Shown here piece after piece: positions 37,970 through 47,228 of a stretch of DNA of 64,000 bases (positions are counted from its first letter, which is position 1; each line of letters opens with the position of its first letter). The stretch lies in the sequence record PV662128.1. The stretch is one strand, 5' to 3'. Below the pieces are notes generated by a model. That model was not told where the DNA came from. It ran no database searches and was given only the letters and a program-made list of their open reading frames with translations. The position numbers and the translations under genes were made by a program.

Positions 37970-38121
37970 TAAAACTGTTTTTTTTTTGCATGTATTTATT
38001 TTGAGATCTTTAATATCATTACGTAAAGCAATACGGTAATTGTATTTATATGTTCTTTCCCTTAACCAAGGATAAGGAAGTCCTTGGTCTTTTTTAATCA
38101 TTAACTTTAGGTAATAACATC

Positions 38122-38538
38122 ATGAAAAAGATTTGTTTAGGTTTGTTAGTGGCGATGTTTTCTTTCTCTTCCTTTGCTGAAGACTTCGTATGCAATACGT
38201 TAAACCATCTCGATAATACAAAGGGAACAACCCCCACTGAGGTTATTCCCGGAACGTATAGTTTCGACTACAGTCGATCCACGGATATCTTAACCAAGAT
38301 TGATGGTAAATCGGATGACTTCTCAACCACCACTTACGCCTTAGGCAAAGACGAGAAAGGCCTCACCATCCGCATGGGCTATAAGGGTAAGTACGCGTAC
38401 TGGTTTGGGTTTAACGGACGTACAATTGATTCGGTTATTGTTGCGAAATACAAAGATAATGTCACTCTGGATAGCTTTAAAGGTAGTGTAATATCGAGAG
38501 CTGTTGATGTGAAAATGTACACCAATTGTTCTTATTAA
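38122..38538 (+). CDS. Exported two-Cys protein (signal peptide)
   Basis: MKKICLGLLVAMFSFSSFA|EDFVCN...TNCSY. Confidence 0.75.
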   Translation: MKKICLGLLVAMFSFSSFAEDFVCNTLNHLDNTKGTTPTEVIPGTYSFDYSRSTDILTKIDGKSDDFSTTTYALGKDEKGLTIRMGYKGKYAYWFGFNGRTIDSVIVAKYKDNVTLDSFKGSVISRAVDVKMYTNCSY

Positions 38539-38541
38539 GGA

Positions 38542-39243
38542 ATGGCGATGAAAAGAAATGTGTTCGTCGAAATGCTCGACAACGGAGTGAGAATAAGAGC
38601 GCTTTCAGAAGATGCCAAAACCACACTGATCGACCACACGTTCACCACTCAATCGTTGCTGACTTCGGAGCAACTTAGATCATTAACTGCTCTCGACGAT
38701 GAGAACTGGTTAGTGCTTGATCTTTTTAAAAGATGCGTGAAATTATCGGTGCACTGGGCGGTTATTACTAAAGAGATTGTCGACGGACTCGCCGACTATA
38801 TCGGAGACCGTAAGGTGGCCGAATTGGGGCCCGGTGCGGGATATTTATTATCTTGTTTAAAGGCAAGGGGTGTCGATGTAACCGGATATGACCTGGGTAA
38901 AGAATCCAATTTCGCTAACGAGTACTTGGGTTCTAAGATTACCAGCCCCAAGAAATATCATTTATTCTCATCATACGTCAATGGAGATTACAACAAGCTT
39001 TCGTTTGATTATTACGACGTCATTCTCATGGTCTGGCCTCGCAATGCAGATAAAGCGTTACTCAATATGAAACCCGGGCAGATCCTTATTTTGATCGGGG
39101 AGCGTGACGGGTGCACCGGAGGCCCTCTTCAAGACAGGATCCTGGATGAACGCTTCGAGTTAATAGAAGAAAAATTCTTACTGGAACATTTTATTCAGTG
39201 GGATGGGACGTACGACCAAATCGATATTTATCGTAAAAATTAA
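38542..39243 (+). CDS. Class I SAM-dependent methyltransferase
   Basis: Motif I VAELGPGAGY, VTGYD, YDVILMVWP. Confidence 0.8.
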   Translation: MAMKRNVFVEMLDNGVRIRALSEDAKTTLIDHTFTTQSLLTSEQLRSLTALDDENWLVLDLFKRCVKLSVHWAVITKEIVDGLADYIGDRKVAELGPGAGYLLSCLKARGVDVTGYDLGKESNFANEYLGSKITSPKKYHLFSSYVNGDYNKLSFDYYDVILMVWPRNADKALLNMKPGQILILIGERDGCTGGPLQDRILDERFELIEEKFLLEHFIQWDGTYDQIDIYRKN

Positions 39244-39270
39244 CATCATCTTTATTTAGGGAAACACATC

Positions 39271-39726
39271 ATGTCATTACTGAAAAACATCGTCATTAAA
39301 CCTTCTTCTATTTCCGCTATCTGCGGGATCCTGACTTATAAGGATAAACCCTGCGCTTACACCAACGTCGGGTTTAACCGTAAACTCTACGGTACCGGGG
39401 AGGATTATATCCTCGATAACCAAGAAGGGATTCTTAAACTCGATCCCAACAGTCAAAGTGATTCCGATAACCTCACTAAGCTGAATGGAGTTTTTGTCAT
39501 CAAGCACATGACTGGTCTAACTGATACGTATTCCTGCGTAATCGGGGTTAAGGACGACGTTATCCTTTGCGTAGCAGATGGCAAGGGTCTTATCTGGACT
39601 CATCCGGATCATTCCACAATGACCATTCAGGACGAATGTCTCAAAGAGGTGATGACTCCCGACGGATTCGAGCAGTATAAACTGGGTCGTAAACGTCGCT
39701 TCTCCGAAGACCTGGCTTTCTTTTAA
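39271..39726 (+). CDS. Hypothetical protein
   Basis: TTTAGG-N7-ATC-ATG start. Confidence 0.75.
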   Translation: MSLLKNIVIKPSSISAICGILTYKDKPCAYTNVGFNRKLYGTGEDYILDNQEGILKLDPNSQSDSDNLTKLNGVFVIKHMTGLTDTYSCVIGVKDDVILCVADGKGLIWTHPDHSTMTIQDECLKEVMTPDGFEQYKLGRKRRFSEDLAFF

Positions 39727-39797
39727 AGGAAGCCATTTTCCCAGAAACTAAATAACGTGGTTGGGGAGGAACCTCCTCAGCCAATTAAGAGGTAGCC

Positions 39798-40190
39798 ATG
39801 ATTACTGTCGATTTAACAATGGGTTGCGTGACTCGTCTGGGTCTGATCGTCAACAGGATCCAAAATTATCCTCGTCATAAGGACCTCAAAGATTTAGCTC
39901 CGCTATTTATCTTTGATGAAACCAATTGGTTTTACCCACGTTGCGAAATAAAGTGGAATAACCCGGAAACCTTAATCACCTGGCTGGGGTTGGTGGCTGA
40001 TGAATTTCCCGAAGTCGGTGAAGAGGTCGAATTGATCGTTCGTGCAATCGATGGTAAAACGTTCGGCCGGGTCAGTGTTTTTGATTTACTCAATAACCCC
40101 GCCCACCAACACCTTCTCCTGGTTTGGGATATCCATGAGAAAAAGACAACAGTTAAACATCCCGGCGGGGACCATCCCTATTCGAAATAA
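39798..40190 (+). CDS. Hypothetical protein, paralog of 36248-36616
   Basis: RLG...DLKDLAP...WLGLV..FP..GEE..L..LLVW; GAGGT SD. Confidence 0.7.
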   Translation: MITVDLTMGCVTRLGLIVNRIQNYPRHKDLKDLAPLFIFDETNWFYPRCEIKWNNPETLITWLGLVADEFPEVGEEVELIVRAIDGKTFGRVSVFDLLNNPAHQHLLLVWDIHEKKTTVKHPGGDHPYSK

Positions 40191-40209
40191 CAAAATAAGG
40201 AGATGAGAA

Positions 40210-40542
40210 ATGGGTTTACCCTCTCGTTTCGCAGAAGAAATGTTTACCCCTATTACAGGGTATGCGTTTTCAAAGAAAATAAATCCCGGATATTTGGTCT
40301 CGTTGAAAGGGATTTCATACAAATCGGATATCTCGTTTTTAGAAAACCTCGGCGATATCGAGGAGTTCGCTAAACAGTTCATCGATCAGGATTTCCAGTT
40401 CACGCTGGGGGTCGTCGTCGGAGTGACCGATTTGGAACTCATCGTAAAACTTCGGACAGGAGACCACGTTAAGATCTCTGACATAGGTGACGGAGAAATC
40501 GTCATTACTCCGACAGTAAAAATCGCCGAGCGTTGGATATAG
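40210..40542 (+). CDS. Hypothetical protein
   Basis: 110 aa, AAGGAG SD. Confidence 0.7.
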   Translation: MGLPSRFAEEMFTPITGYAFSKKINPGYLVSLKGISYKSDISFLENLGDIEEFAKQFIDQDFQFTLGVVVGVTDLELIVKLRTGDHVKISDIGDGEIVITPTVKIAERWI

Positions 40543-40566
40543 CGCAACCTTTTAGGAATTAACATC

Positions 40567-41034
40567 ATGTCTAAATTCATCATGTACTGCGTTGCCGTAG
40601 CAATAAGTCTGCTGTCTGTTCATGTTAACGCAGCGGACAAAATGTATAACTTCGTTTGTCATAAACAAATCGTTCTCACCGGATCCGCTCACGGAGGGTT
40701 TAGCAAGAAAGAAGAGCAATACGTTGACAGCTACTTTAGTGCTAACAACACCAAAAAGACATTTTCTGTCATGAACGTTGAAACCAAGCAACCTCTCTTA
40801 GTTATCCCGTACGAGGTTTTAGTTGATTCCGTCTTTATGGTGATAGGTGGGGTATCTGGAAAATGGCAGATCGACATCATGACCAATACGTCTAAACGTG
40901 TCGATGATTTTCAATTAATCAAATACTCTCACGATGTAGATAAAAACATCATTCGTCAGAAAACCTATGGTACTTATGAGTACAATTATGTCTTGAAAGA
41001 ATGTGAAGTATTACCTAACGACTTTTTTAATTGA
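40567..41034 (+). CDS. Exported two-Cys protein (signal peptide)
   Basis: ...SLLSVHVNA|ADKMYNFVCH...LKECEV. Confidence 0.75.
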   Translation: MSKFIMYCVAVAISLLSVHVNAADKMYNFVCHKQIVLTGSAHGGFSKKEEQYVDSYFSANNTKKTFSVMNVETKQPLLVIPYEVLVDSVFMVIGGVSGKWQIDIMTNTSKRVDDFQLIKYSHDVDKNIIRQKTYGTYEYNYVLKECEVLPNDFFN

Positions 41035-41094
41035 CCCAACACTTTAATCTTTACGAATAACCACACCAAACCTAACTTTTGAAAGGAACATCCA

Positions 41095-41553
41095 ATGAAA
41101 AGCATCGTTTTAATTTTACTCTCTTTCTTTTCCGCTTCCGTATTTGCTGGCGCAATGGGAATGGTCGATCCTCTGGACGTTGTAGGTGATCGTTGCGCCC
41201 CGGGCGATATCGTCTTTTACGGTCAAACCGAAAAGGGTCATAAAGAAGTTCTCGTCTGCCGTTGGGACAATGATGTCTTTTACTCCTACGGTAAGATCGG
41301 TCAGAAACCCGAGCTGTATCTTAAAGTCAACGTTCGCGACGTAAGGGCTCAGGTTGAAGACACCGACAACACCAGCGGCGAACAAGTCATCATCAAAAAT
41401 GGTAACACGCTTTATTACGTTGGCGCGAAATCTTACTTCAACGAAGCTAAAGATGTGGGTTGGGTTAACGTTACCGATACCAACGGTAAAAAGATCGTTA
41501 ACATTCCACTGGTAGGCAGCGGAACCATAAGCGACATCCGTAACCAATTTTAA
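41095..41553 (+). CDS. Exported protein (signal peptide, two Cys)
   Basis: MKSIVLILLSFFSASVFA; C..GDIVFYGQT..GHKEVLVC...YSYG..GQKPEL. Confidence 0.75.
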   Translation: MKSIVLILLSFFSASVFAGAMGMVDPLDVVGDRCAPGDIVFYGQTEKGHKEVLVCRWDNDVFYSYGKIGQKPELYLKVNVRDVRAQVEDTDNTSGEQVIIKNGNTLYYVGAKSYFNEAKDVGWVNVTDTNGKKIVNIPLVGSGTISDIRNQF

Positions 41554-41574
41554 TTAAACGATAAAGGTATCACC

Positions 41575-41928
41575 GTGAAAAACATTTTAGGTCTCATCAT
41601 CCTGTTCTTCCTGGCAACAACCCCGGCACGGGCCCACTTGTTTGGACCGGTGGACCAAGTCAATATCCGTGGTTACGAAACGACTCTGATCAACATGCGG
41701 TTAAAATCGGATCGTAACGACTACTACGCGTTTAGCGTCGGAGACGTCACTAAGGTGGACAGTAAGGGCAATCCGGTTAAGATGTACGTGATGGCTGGCA
41801 TGGAAGCCATTTTCCCGATGACCATTAGCAACAAGTACATTAAAAACGACCACATCAAGATCTGTTCCTGGCCTCTTGATGCCCACTCGCAATTCACCGG
41901 AAAGGTATGCTTCGATGTTCGCGTATAA
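41575..41928 (+). CDS. Exported small beta protein, possibly pilus-chaperone-like
   Basis: Signal peptide ending ARA|H; C-terminal ICS...KVC disulfide pair. Confidence 0.6.
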   Translation: MKNILGLIILFFLATTPARAHLFGPVDQVNIRGYETTLINMRLKSDRNDYYAFSVGDVTKVDSKGNPVKMYVMAGMEAIFPMTISNKYIKNDHIKICSWPLDAHSQFTGKVCFDVRV

Positions 41929-42310
41929 AACACTCATCATCCTCATTGCAGCGTTTTTCGCTAACCTAGCGTTAGCCGACGCGCCCTACATGACTAACAA
42001 CACCGCCTCGTCTTCTGAACGAGTCCAGGTCGGTGATGTGAGTTGCGATTCTTCTAAACCACAGTCGACTATTAATATAGGAGCTTACGGTAACAACGGC
42101 AATCGTTACAGTTACGAAGATTCTGATAAAGGCGGGTTCGTATCCATCTCCATCCCTATCGGGGAATCTGCCGTAAAGACGGATTGCTCGCGCCTCTATG
42201 ACTTAGGCGTGAAGATGAAAGAAGTTGAATTAAAACAGCGTGAAATGGCCGTTGCTGCTGCCGAAGAAAACCTTCGGCTCCAACAGCAGCGAGCTTTAGA
42301 TTTCAAATAA
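41915..42310 (+). CDS. Exported two-Cys protein with C-terminal coiled coil (start moved to ATG 41915)
   Basis: Signal peptide ALA|D; VGDVSC...SISIPIG...TDCSRLYDLG then heptad-like tail. Confidence 0.7.
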   Translation: MFAYKTLIILIAAFFANLALADAPYMTNNTASSSERVQVGDVSCDSSKPQSTINIGAYGNNGNRYSYEDSDKGGFVSISIPIGESAVKTDCSRLYDLGVKMKEVELKQREMAVAAAEENLRLQQQRALDFK

Positions 42311-42355
42311 CCAACCTTAACGTTATACCAACCAACCCAACAGGAAAATTCCTAA

Positions 42356-42847
42356 ATGAAAAAGATCATGATCGCTATTGCTCTTCTGTCTACCACAGCC
42401 TTCGCCAACGCCGCTTCTGAGCAGGTATGGAACGCGTCTCTTACCAACAGCCAAATCACCTGCGGGATCGACTACACCGGCGGTACCCCGGTTGAAGGCG
42501 GTATTCTCACCGCTAACGAAAGCGGGACGAATACGTCCAAAGCCATTTCCTTCACCCTGATCGCGAACACGCAAAACGTCAACTGGCAGATCACCGAAGC
42601 CAAACTGGTTCAAAACACTGGCCGGTTTGATTTCAGCGATAACCTGCTGAGCGTAAACGATAAGACCAAAACGTCGGTCTACATCAACGATCAGGAATAC
42701 GCGTGGCCCGATGCCGCCCAAGCTAAATCGTTGGGTAGCAACGCTCGTGTGATCAAACTGGCGCCGAAAATCAACCTGGATCAATCGGCCTATCCAATCG
42801 GGACAACGCGCATCCAAGGGAAGATTGTTATCAACTGCATTCAGTAA
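42356..42847 (+). CDS. Exported pilin/fimbrial-subunit-like protein
   Basis: Signal peptide ANA|A; Cys near mature N-terminus and in terminal strand GKIVINCIQ; T/N/S-rich beta pattern; C-ending codons suggest high expression. Confidence 0.55.
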   Translation: MKKIMIAIALLSTTAFANAASEQVWNASLTNSQITCGIDYTGGTPVEGGILTANESGTNTSKAISFTLIANTQNVNWQITEAKLVQNTGRFDFSDNLLSVNDKTKTSVYINDQEYAWPDAAQAKSLGSNARVIKLAPKINLDQSAYPIGTTRIQGKIVINCIQ

Positions 42848-42915
42848 TAGTCATCTGCACGTCTTCAATAGGGGGAGGCACTCCCCCTATTTTTCTCCAT
42901 CTCACTTTTAGGAAA

Positions 42916-43320
42916 ATGGAAATGTCTACTATCTCTCAAAACTCAACTACTGATCTGAACGGCAAAGTGACTTTTAATAAAGGCGCTTTCCCGCAGCTGA
43001 TGACCCCAACTTTCATGATCTTCATCTGGGCCTATCAGCCTGTTATGAGCGCCATCCAGGGCTGGGTTCCAGCCATCGGTTTCATCTTCGCCTTTGTCGT
43101 CTTCCTGATCTGGTTTTGTCATGACCGTGCTTTCTTAGCTTCACAAGGTGCGTTCGTCCCTCACTGGCTCTGGTTCCTTTTCGTTCCGGTGTATATCTAT
43201 AAACGCCAAAAACGTAACGGTAATAGCCGTTGGTGGGTCGTCTTCTGGCTGATCAGTGTAATAATGGGGCTGGTGGTTTCCGCCGCCACTATGGCAGTAT
43301 TCCATCCCCAGGGTTACTGA
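42916..43320 (+). CDS. Multi-pass membrane protein
   Basis: Several hydrophobic segments; WFLFVPVYIYKR motif. Confidence 0.75.
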   Translation: MEMSTISQNSTTDLNGKVTFNKGAFPQLMTPTFMIFIWAYQPVMSAIQGWVPAIGFIFAFVVFLIWFCHDRAFLASQGAFVPHWLWFLFVPVYIYKRQKRNGNSRWWVVFWLISVIMGLVVSAATMAVFHPQGY

Positions 43321-43325
43321 TTTTA

Positions 43326-43353
43326 TTTGTGAGGCGGAATTCCGCCTCACAAA
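43326..43353. terminator. 28-bp perfect palindrome
   Basis: TTTGTGAGGCGGAA|TTCCGCCTCACAAA. Confidence 0.75.
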
Positions 43354-43395
43354 AACTCTCTTTTATTTTTTATTTATTTCTTAGGAATAATCATC

Positions 43396-44040
43396 ATGGC
43401 AACTCCGCGTAAAAAGAAACCCGCAACAAAAAACCGCATGACTTTCGAACAAAAACGTCTGTCTGAAATCATTAAGAAAGTCTATCACGAGCTCTATTTT
43501 GTCGGGGCGTCTTTTTATAAACCGACGGCGGTTAACGCCAATAAGCTCTTCTTGGGGGCGCAGGGTAAAGAAGTACATACCGCCAGGAGAATTCTATTAG
43601 ATCATTTGATCAGCCTTAAGACGAACTGGCCTTTATGGGTTGGGTGCTTCTTTAACACGCCTAATGGAATCTCTGTGGCTACTGCAGACTCCTTATGGGA
43701 AAATGAGACGATGTTATCCTTCGGGGGTCAGTTTCATAAAAGGATCGATAGCATCGTGGATGGGATTATCGAAGCCGAGGCTGATACCGATTGCACTCGG
43801 GAAACGTTGATAGGATACGGGTACTTCTTTAGCCACTGCGACATCTACAACATGTCTGGGACGGACGAACGTTTAGTAAAACTGATGCTCCCTTATATGG
43901 ACAAACACTTGGCTAAAGAAGTTAAACCGGAAGATGTTGTCATTAGTACCGACCTTTTGATTGAATCGATCGTCAAACGTGGTGGGGTGGCTAAAGATGG
44001 CAAAATAGAAGAATACATCGAGGTGTCGGAGGAGTGGTGA
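43396..44040 (+). CDS. Hypothetical protein
   Basis: 214 aa; TTAGG-N7-ATC-ATG start. Confidence 0.75.
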   Translation: MATPRKKKPATKNRMTFEQKRLSEIIKKVYHELYFVGASFYKPTAVNANKLFLGAQGKEVHTARRILLDHLISLKTNWPLWVGCFFNTPNGISVATADSLWENETMLSFGGQFHKRIDSIVDGIIEAEADTDCTRETLIGYGYFFSHCDIYNMSGTDERLVKLMLPYMDKHLAKEVKPEDVVISTDLLIESIVKRGGVAKDGKIEEYIEVSEEW

Positions 44041-44582
44041 AACGATTATACCTGTTACTCGTTTTGTTCGGATTAAGTTTCAGTAGTTTGGCCAGGGTCG
44101 ATATCGTCCTGGTCTGTAACAAAGTTGGGGAGACTAAAGGAACTGGGGTTGTTAAACCCACCCTTTACAACACCGACATCAATTATTTTATAATTTCCAA
44201 AAATAAAATCTCATTACTTAATGGGCGTTATGGCGGGGTTCTTATGGAACTGCCTTTTTTCCTTTTTCGTGATAAAGGAAAAATAGAGGGTAGTGGGACC
44301 GCTGGGTACGATAAGATCGATCTCGGTTTTACTAATGGCGACCTCGTCATAAACCTCACTAGGTTCACGAAATTCATAGCGACCCCGGATAACAAAGAGA
44401 ACAAAGTAGATAAAACGATCGAGTTCTCAGAGTGTTATATTTTAGATCGAATTATTACACCCGACGTGGAAGAAGCCGTGCCTTTCTCTGAAAGCGATAA
44501 TAGTGATGTTAAAGGCAGAAGGGGTCCCGGCCCGGCTAATCCAGGCGGTCATCCCAACGGTCCTCCGGGACCACCCCGTTAA
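44034..44582 (+). CDS. Exported two-Cys protein with Pro/Gly-rich tail
   Basis: LFGLSFSSLA|RVDIVLVCN...FSECYI; tail GPGPANPGGHPNGPPGPPR. Confidence 0.7.
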   Translation: MVKRLYLLLVLFGLSFSSLARVDIVLVCNKVGETKGTGVVKPTLYNTDINYFIISKNKISLLNGRYGGVLMELPFFLFRDKGKIEGSGTAGYDKIDLGFTNGDLVINLTRFTKFIATPDNKENKVDKTIEFSECYILDRIITPDVEEAVPFSESDNSDVKGRRGPGPANPGGHPNGPPGPPR

Positions 44583-44600
44583 TTACTCAAAGGAAATATC

Positions 44601-45218
44601 GTGGAAAAAACTATTTTTGATAAGATCGTCGACTGGTCTACTGAACGCAACATCATCGACGCGGGTAGGCCTTCCGGACAAGTCCTTAAAGTCATGGAAG
44701 AAATGGGGGAAATCGCTGGCGGTGTTGCTCGCAATAAACTCGATTTGATCAAAGATGCCGTAGGTGATGTTTTGGTCATCATGACCAACGTCGCTAAGAT
44801 GTACGGGGTTGAACCGTCTTCAGTCATTACCTTTGACGAGGATGAGCGAGGAGGACATTTTGAATGGAATGTGGGTACGATCGGGTTAATCGCGGACATG
44901 TACGCCTTTTGGGGGGAAGCTTTTAGCCTTGTAGAAGATCACGATGTCGAGCGCAATTTCACCGACCTAGATACTGTTTATTATCCGGTGCTCAATATCC
45001 TTTATGAAATCGCCCGCCGTTATAGCTTTACCTTACAAGAAGCTGTCGAAGGGTCTTACGATGTCATCAAAGATCGTCAAGGCATCTTTTACAACGACGT
45101 CTTTGTTAAAGAAGCCGACTTCACTCTCGATTGGGTGTCTAAAACACTTTCTGACGGCCAGCTCTCTGATTCGGCTTTCAGCTATTTGAAGCAGTGGGCG
45201 GCCTGTCGCGTAGAGTAA
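44601..45218 (+). CDS. MazG-like nucleotide pyrophosphohydrolase
   Basis: WSTERNI...QVLKVMEEMGEIA...IKDAVGDVLV; later SYDVIKDRQG.F.NDVFVKE. Confidence 0.85.
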   Translation: MEKTIFDKIVDWSTERNIIDAGRPSGQVLKVMEEMGEIAGGVARNKLDLIKDAVGDVLVIMTNVAKMYGVEPSSVITFDEDERGGHFEWNVGTIGLIADMYAFWGEAFSLVEDHDVERNFTDLDTVYYPVLNILYEIARRYSFTLQEAVEGSYDVIKDRQGIFYNDVFVKEADFTLDWVSKTLSDGQLSDSAFSYLKQWAACRVE

Positions 45219-45259
45219 AAAACTTAGGGGGAGGGGTTCCTCCCCTACTGGAGAAAATT

Positions 45260-45535
45260 ATGGCTAGAGCACCATCTCTGACTTATTACGCTGCACGCAC
45301 TACCCCAACCGGGATTCTTTTGGTTGGCCAGGATCCCGACACCAAAGAGGTTCGTAAGTTCGACGTACCTAAGGAAAAACTGAACGCCAAATTAGGCGAG
45401 AAGTTTCGTTTGAGTTTCGGGGAGTTCCTCAGGGAAAATGAGCCGGACCCGATTGTCTTCAGGGTTCACGATCTGAGTAAACCAAAAAAGAAACTCAATC
45501 CAAATAAGAAACACGCTAAAAGGAAAGGAAAATGA
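45260..45535 (+). CDS. Basic hypothetical protein (start moved to ATG 45260)
   Basis: GGAG SD; K-rich C-terminus. Confidence 0.65.
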   Translation: MARAPSLTYYAARTTPTGILLVGQDPDTKEVRKFDVPKEKLNAKLGEKFRLSFGEFLRENEPDPIVFRVHDLSKPKKKLNPNKKHAKRKGK

Positions 45536-45741
45536 TCACTGAAATAGTGACCATCATACTGTGCTACTTCGCCGGGGGATGGTTTTTACATTTACTCTGG
45601 TGGCGTAATCAGAAAGCCCCTAAAGAAGGCTACGTTAAAACGCTGTTCAAAGCCTGGCTCAGCCCGATATGGCATATGTTTATTCTCATCGGTCATGCCT
45701 TCAAGCGGGTAAGTGAATTCTTTTTGGAAATCTTTAAGTAG
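45532..45741 (+). CDS. Small membrane protein
   Basis: 69 aa, hydrophobic; ATGA overlap. Confidence 0.65.
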   Translation: MITEIVTIILCYFAGGWFLHLLWWRNQKAPKEGYVKTLFKAWLSPIWHMFILIGHAFKRVSEFFLEIFK

Positions 45742-45743
45742 TC

Positions 45744-45968
45744 ATGTTAGAGTTTAAAATTAAATGCGTCAGAGGAAGACGGATGTATAAACTGTTTTCC
45801 TTTTTAAGGGAAGTTCTTTACGGGAGAGGAGTGATTTCTTCTACAGCGATTGACTGGGAGTTGGGAGAAATCACTTTAAGTGTCTTTGCGCCGGGAGAAG
45901 AAGAAAGTTTAACAGAAGAAATAAAACAGTACTGCGAACAACACAGCTCTTTGACTTTTCTATCCTAG
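45744..45968 (+). CDS. Hypothetical protein
   Basis: 74-aa ORF in tandem with neighbours. Confidence 0.55.
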   Translation: MLEFKIKCVRGRRMYKLFSFLREVLYGRGVISSTAIDWELGEITLSVFAPGEEESLTEEIKQYCEQHSSLTFLS

Positions 45969-45992
45969 TTTATCTTTTTAGGAACCAACATC

Positions 45993-46271
45993 ATGATAAA
46001 TCGGTTTAAGCTAAGGGGGTTTAATGGAGAATATCTCTTTCGGTGATTACCGAAGATCATTAGGGCTAACCAGGGCCAATCCTAAGACCGATAAAGAGTT
46101 CGCCGTTCCTGATCACGCAGAGCGAGTCTATGATCCCCCCCTGGCGGGTTGGATTTGGACGGCGAAATAAAACTCGAATACATTAATGGGAAGGGGTATC
46201 TCTACGTGATATATTGCTGGATTGGTGATATGGGCTGGTGGCGATGGGAAAGCAGAAATAAACCTAAATGA
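45993..46271 (+). pseudogene. Small gene apparently broken by two homopolymer frameshifts
   Basis: Start motif at 45993 opens only 17 codons; G5 (46015-46019) to G4 plus C7 (46135-46141) to C8 would restore one ORF ending 46271. Confidence 0.35.
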
Positions 46272-46276
46272 ATTTT

Positions 46277-46310
46277 TATACTCCTACGGCTTAATCGCCG
46301 TAGGAGTATA
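46277..46310. repeat. ACTCCTAC hairpin family, copy 4
   Basis: TATACTCCTACGGC-ttaatc-GCCGTAGGAGTATA. Confidence 0.85.
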
Positions 46311-46364
46311 TTTAAACGGTTATTTTTAGTTATTGAACACTATTCCCTTTTTTAAGGATCATTT

Positions 46365-47228
46365 ATGAATTTTCAATCTTTGAAGAAACTCGTAGGACCT
46401 ATTGAGTTGGCTTTCGTCTGTTTCTGCTCGCTTTATATGATGTTCAATTTACAAGGCGCTCAAGATTCGTGGTTAGTTTCCGCGGTCTGTTATTACGCAT
46501 TGATCGTTGTAGTCTGCGGGCTTTACGAAGCAGCAGGTTGTATTTTGTGTTATAAAACACAAGGCGGGTATGACGACAAGTACGACTTAGAACACGTTGA
46601 GAACACTTTACGTACCGATCTTACTTATAAAGAGCTTACTCTACTGAGTGGGTGGCGGGTCTTAGTTGGAGTCCTTGTTGTATTGGGGTTGGGTATTTGG
46701 TACGGAGTTGCGTATTTCACCGCGTACTTTGTAACCCAGGGATTGGCGTTGTTAGTCAAAACCTATTACGAAACATGGAAGAAAAACAATGCACCATTGT
46801 TAGAGAATGCCCGTAAAGAATTCATCTTGGCAATCCAAGATGAAGGAGTTATTCTCAGTGGCGCCATTTTTATTAAGGGCCGGGGATCCTTCATTCTTAA
46901 GAAAGGATATAACGCCGCCGAATTCGACGCCATGCTAGATTGGTTAGATTTCGATTATGACCAAGAAGCATTAGAAGATGGATTCATGATGATCCAGGGC
47001 TTCTTCGAACTCCAAGACAACTATCAAATTCAGCGTTATTGGGATGGGGAAGTTGGAGAATGCTGGGTGGTATTTAAGTACCATGATCTGAGCACCATAA
47101 CCGATCCCTTAACCTTATCGGCTGCGTTATTAACCGATAATGAATTCGTAGAGGAATTCGAGGATTATCTCAAGAAACATCCAGAAGAAATAGGATTAGA
47201 AAATGAAACCGATCGAACCGGGTTGTAA
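46365..47228 (+). CDS. Membrane protein with acidic soluble C-terminal domain
   Basis: About 4 hydrophobic segments in the first 135 aa. Confidence 0.75.
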   Translation: MNFQSLKKLVGPIELAFVCFCSLYMMFNLQGAQDSWLVSAVCYYALIVVVCGLYEAAGCILCYKTQGGYDDKYDLEHVENTLRTDLTYKELTLLSGWRVLVGVLVVLGLGIWYGVAYFTAYFVTQGLALLVKTYYETWKKNNAPLLENARKEFILAIQDEGVILSGAIFIKGRGSFILKKGYNAAEFDAMLDWLDFDYDQEALEDGFMMIQGFFELQDNYQIQRYWDGEVGECWVVFKYHDLSTITDPLTLSAALLTDNEFVEEFEDYLKKHPEEIGLENETDRTGL

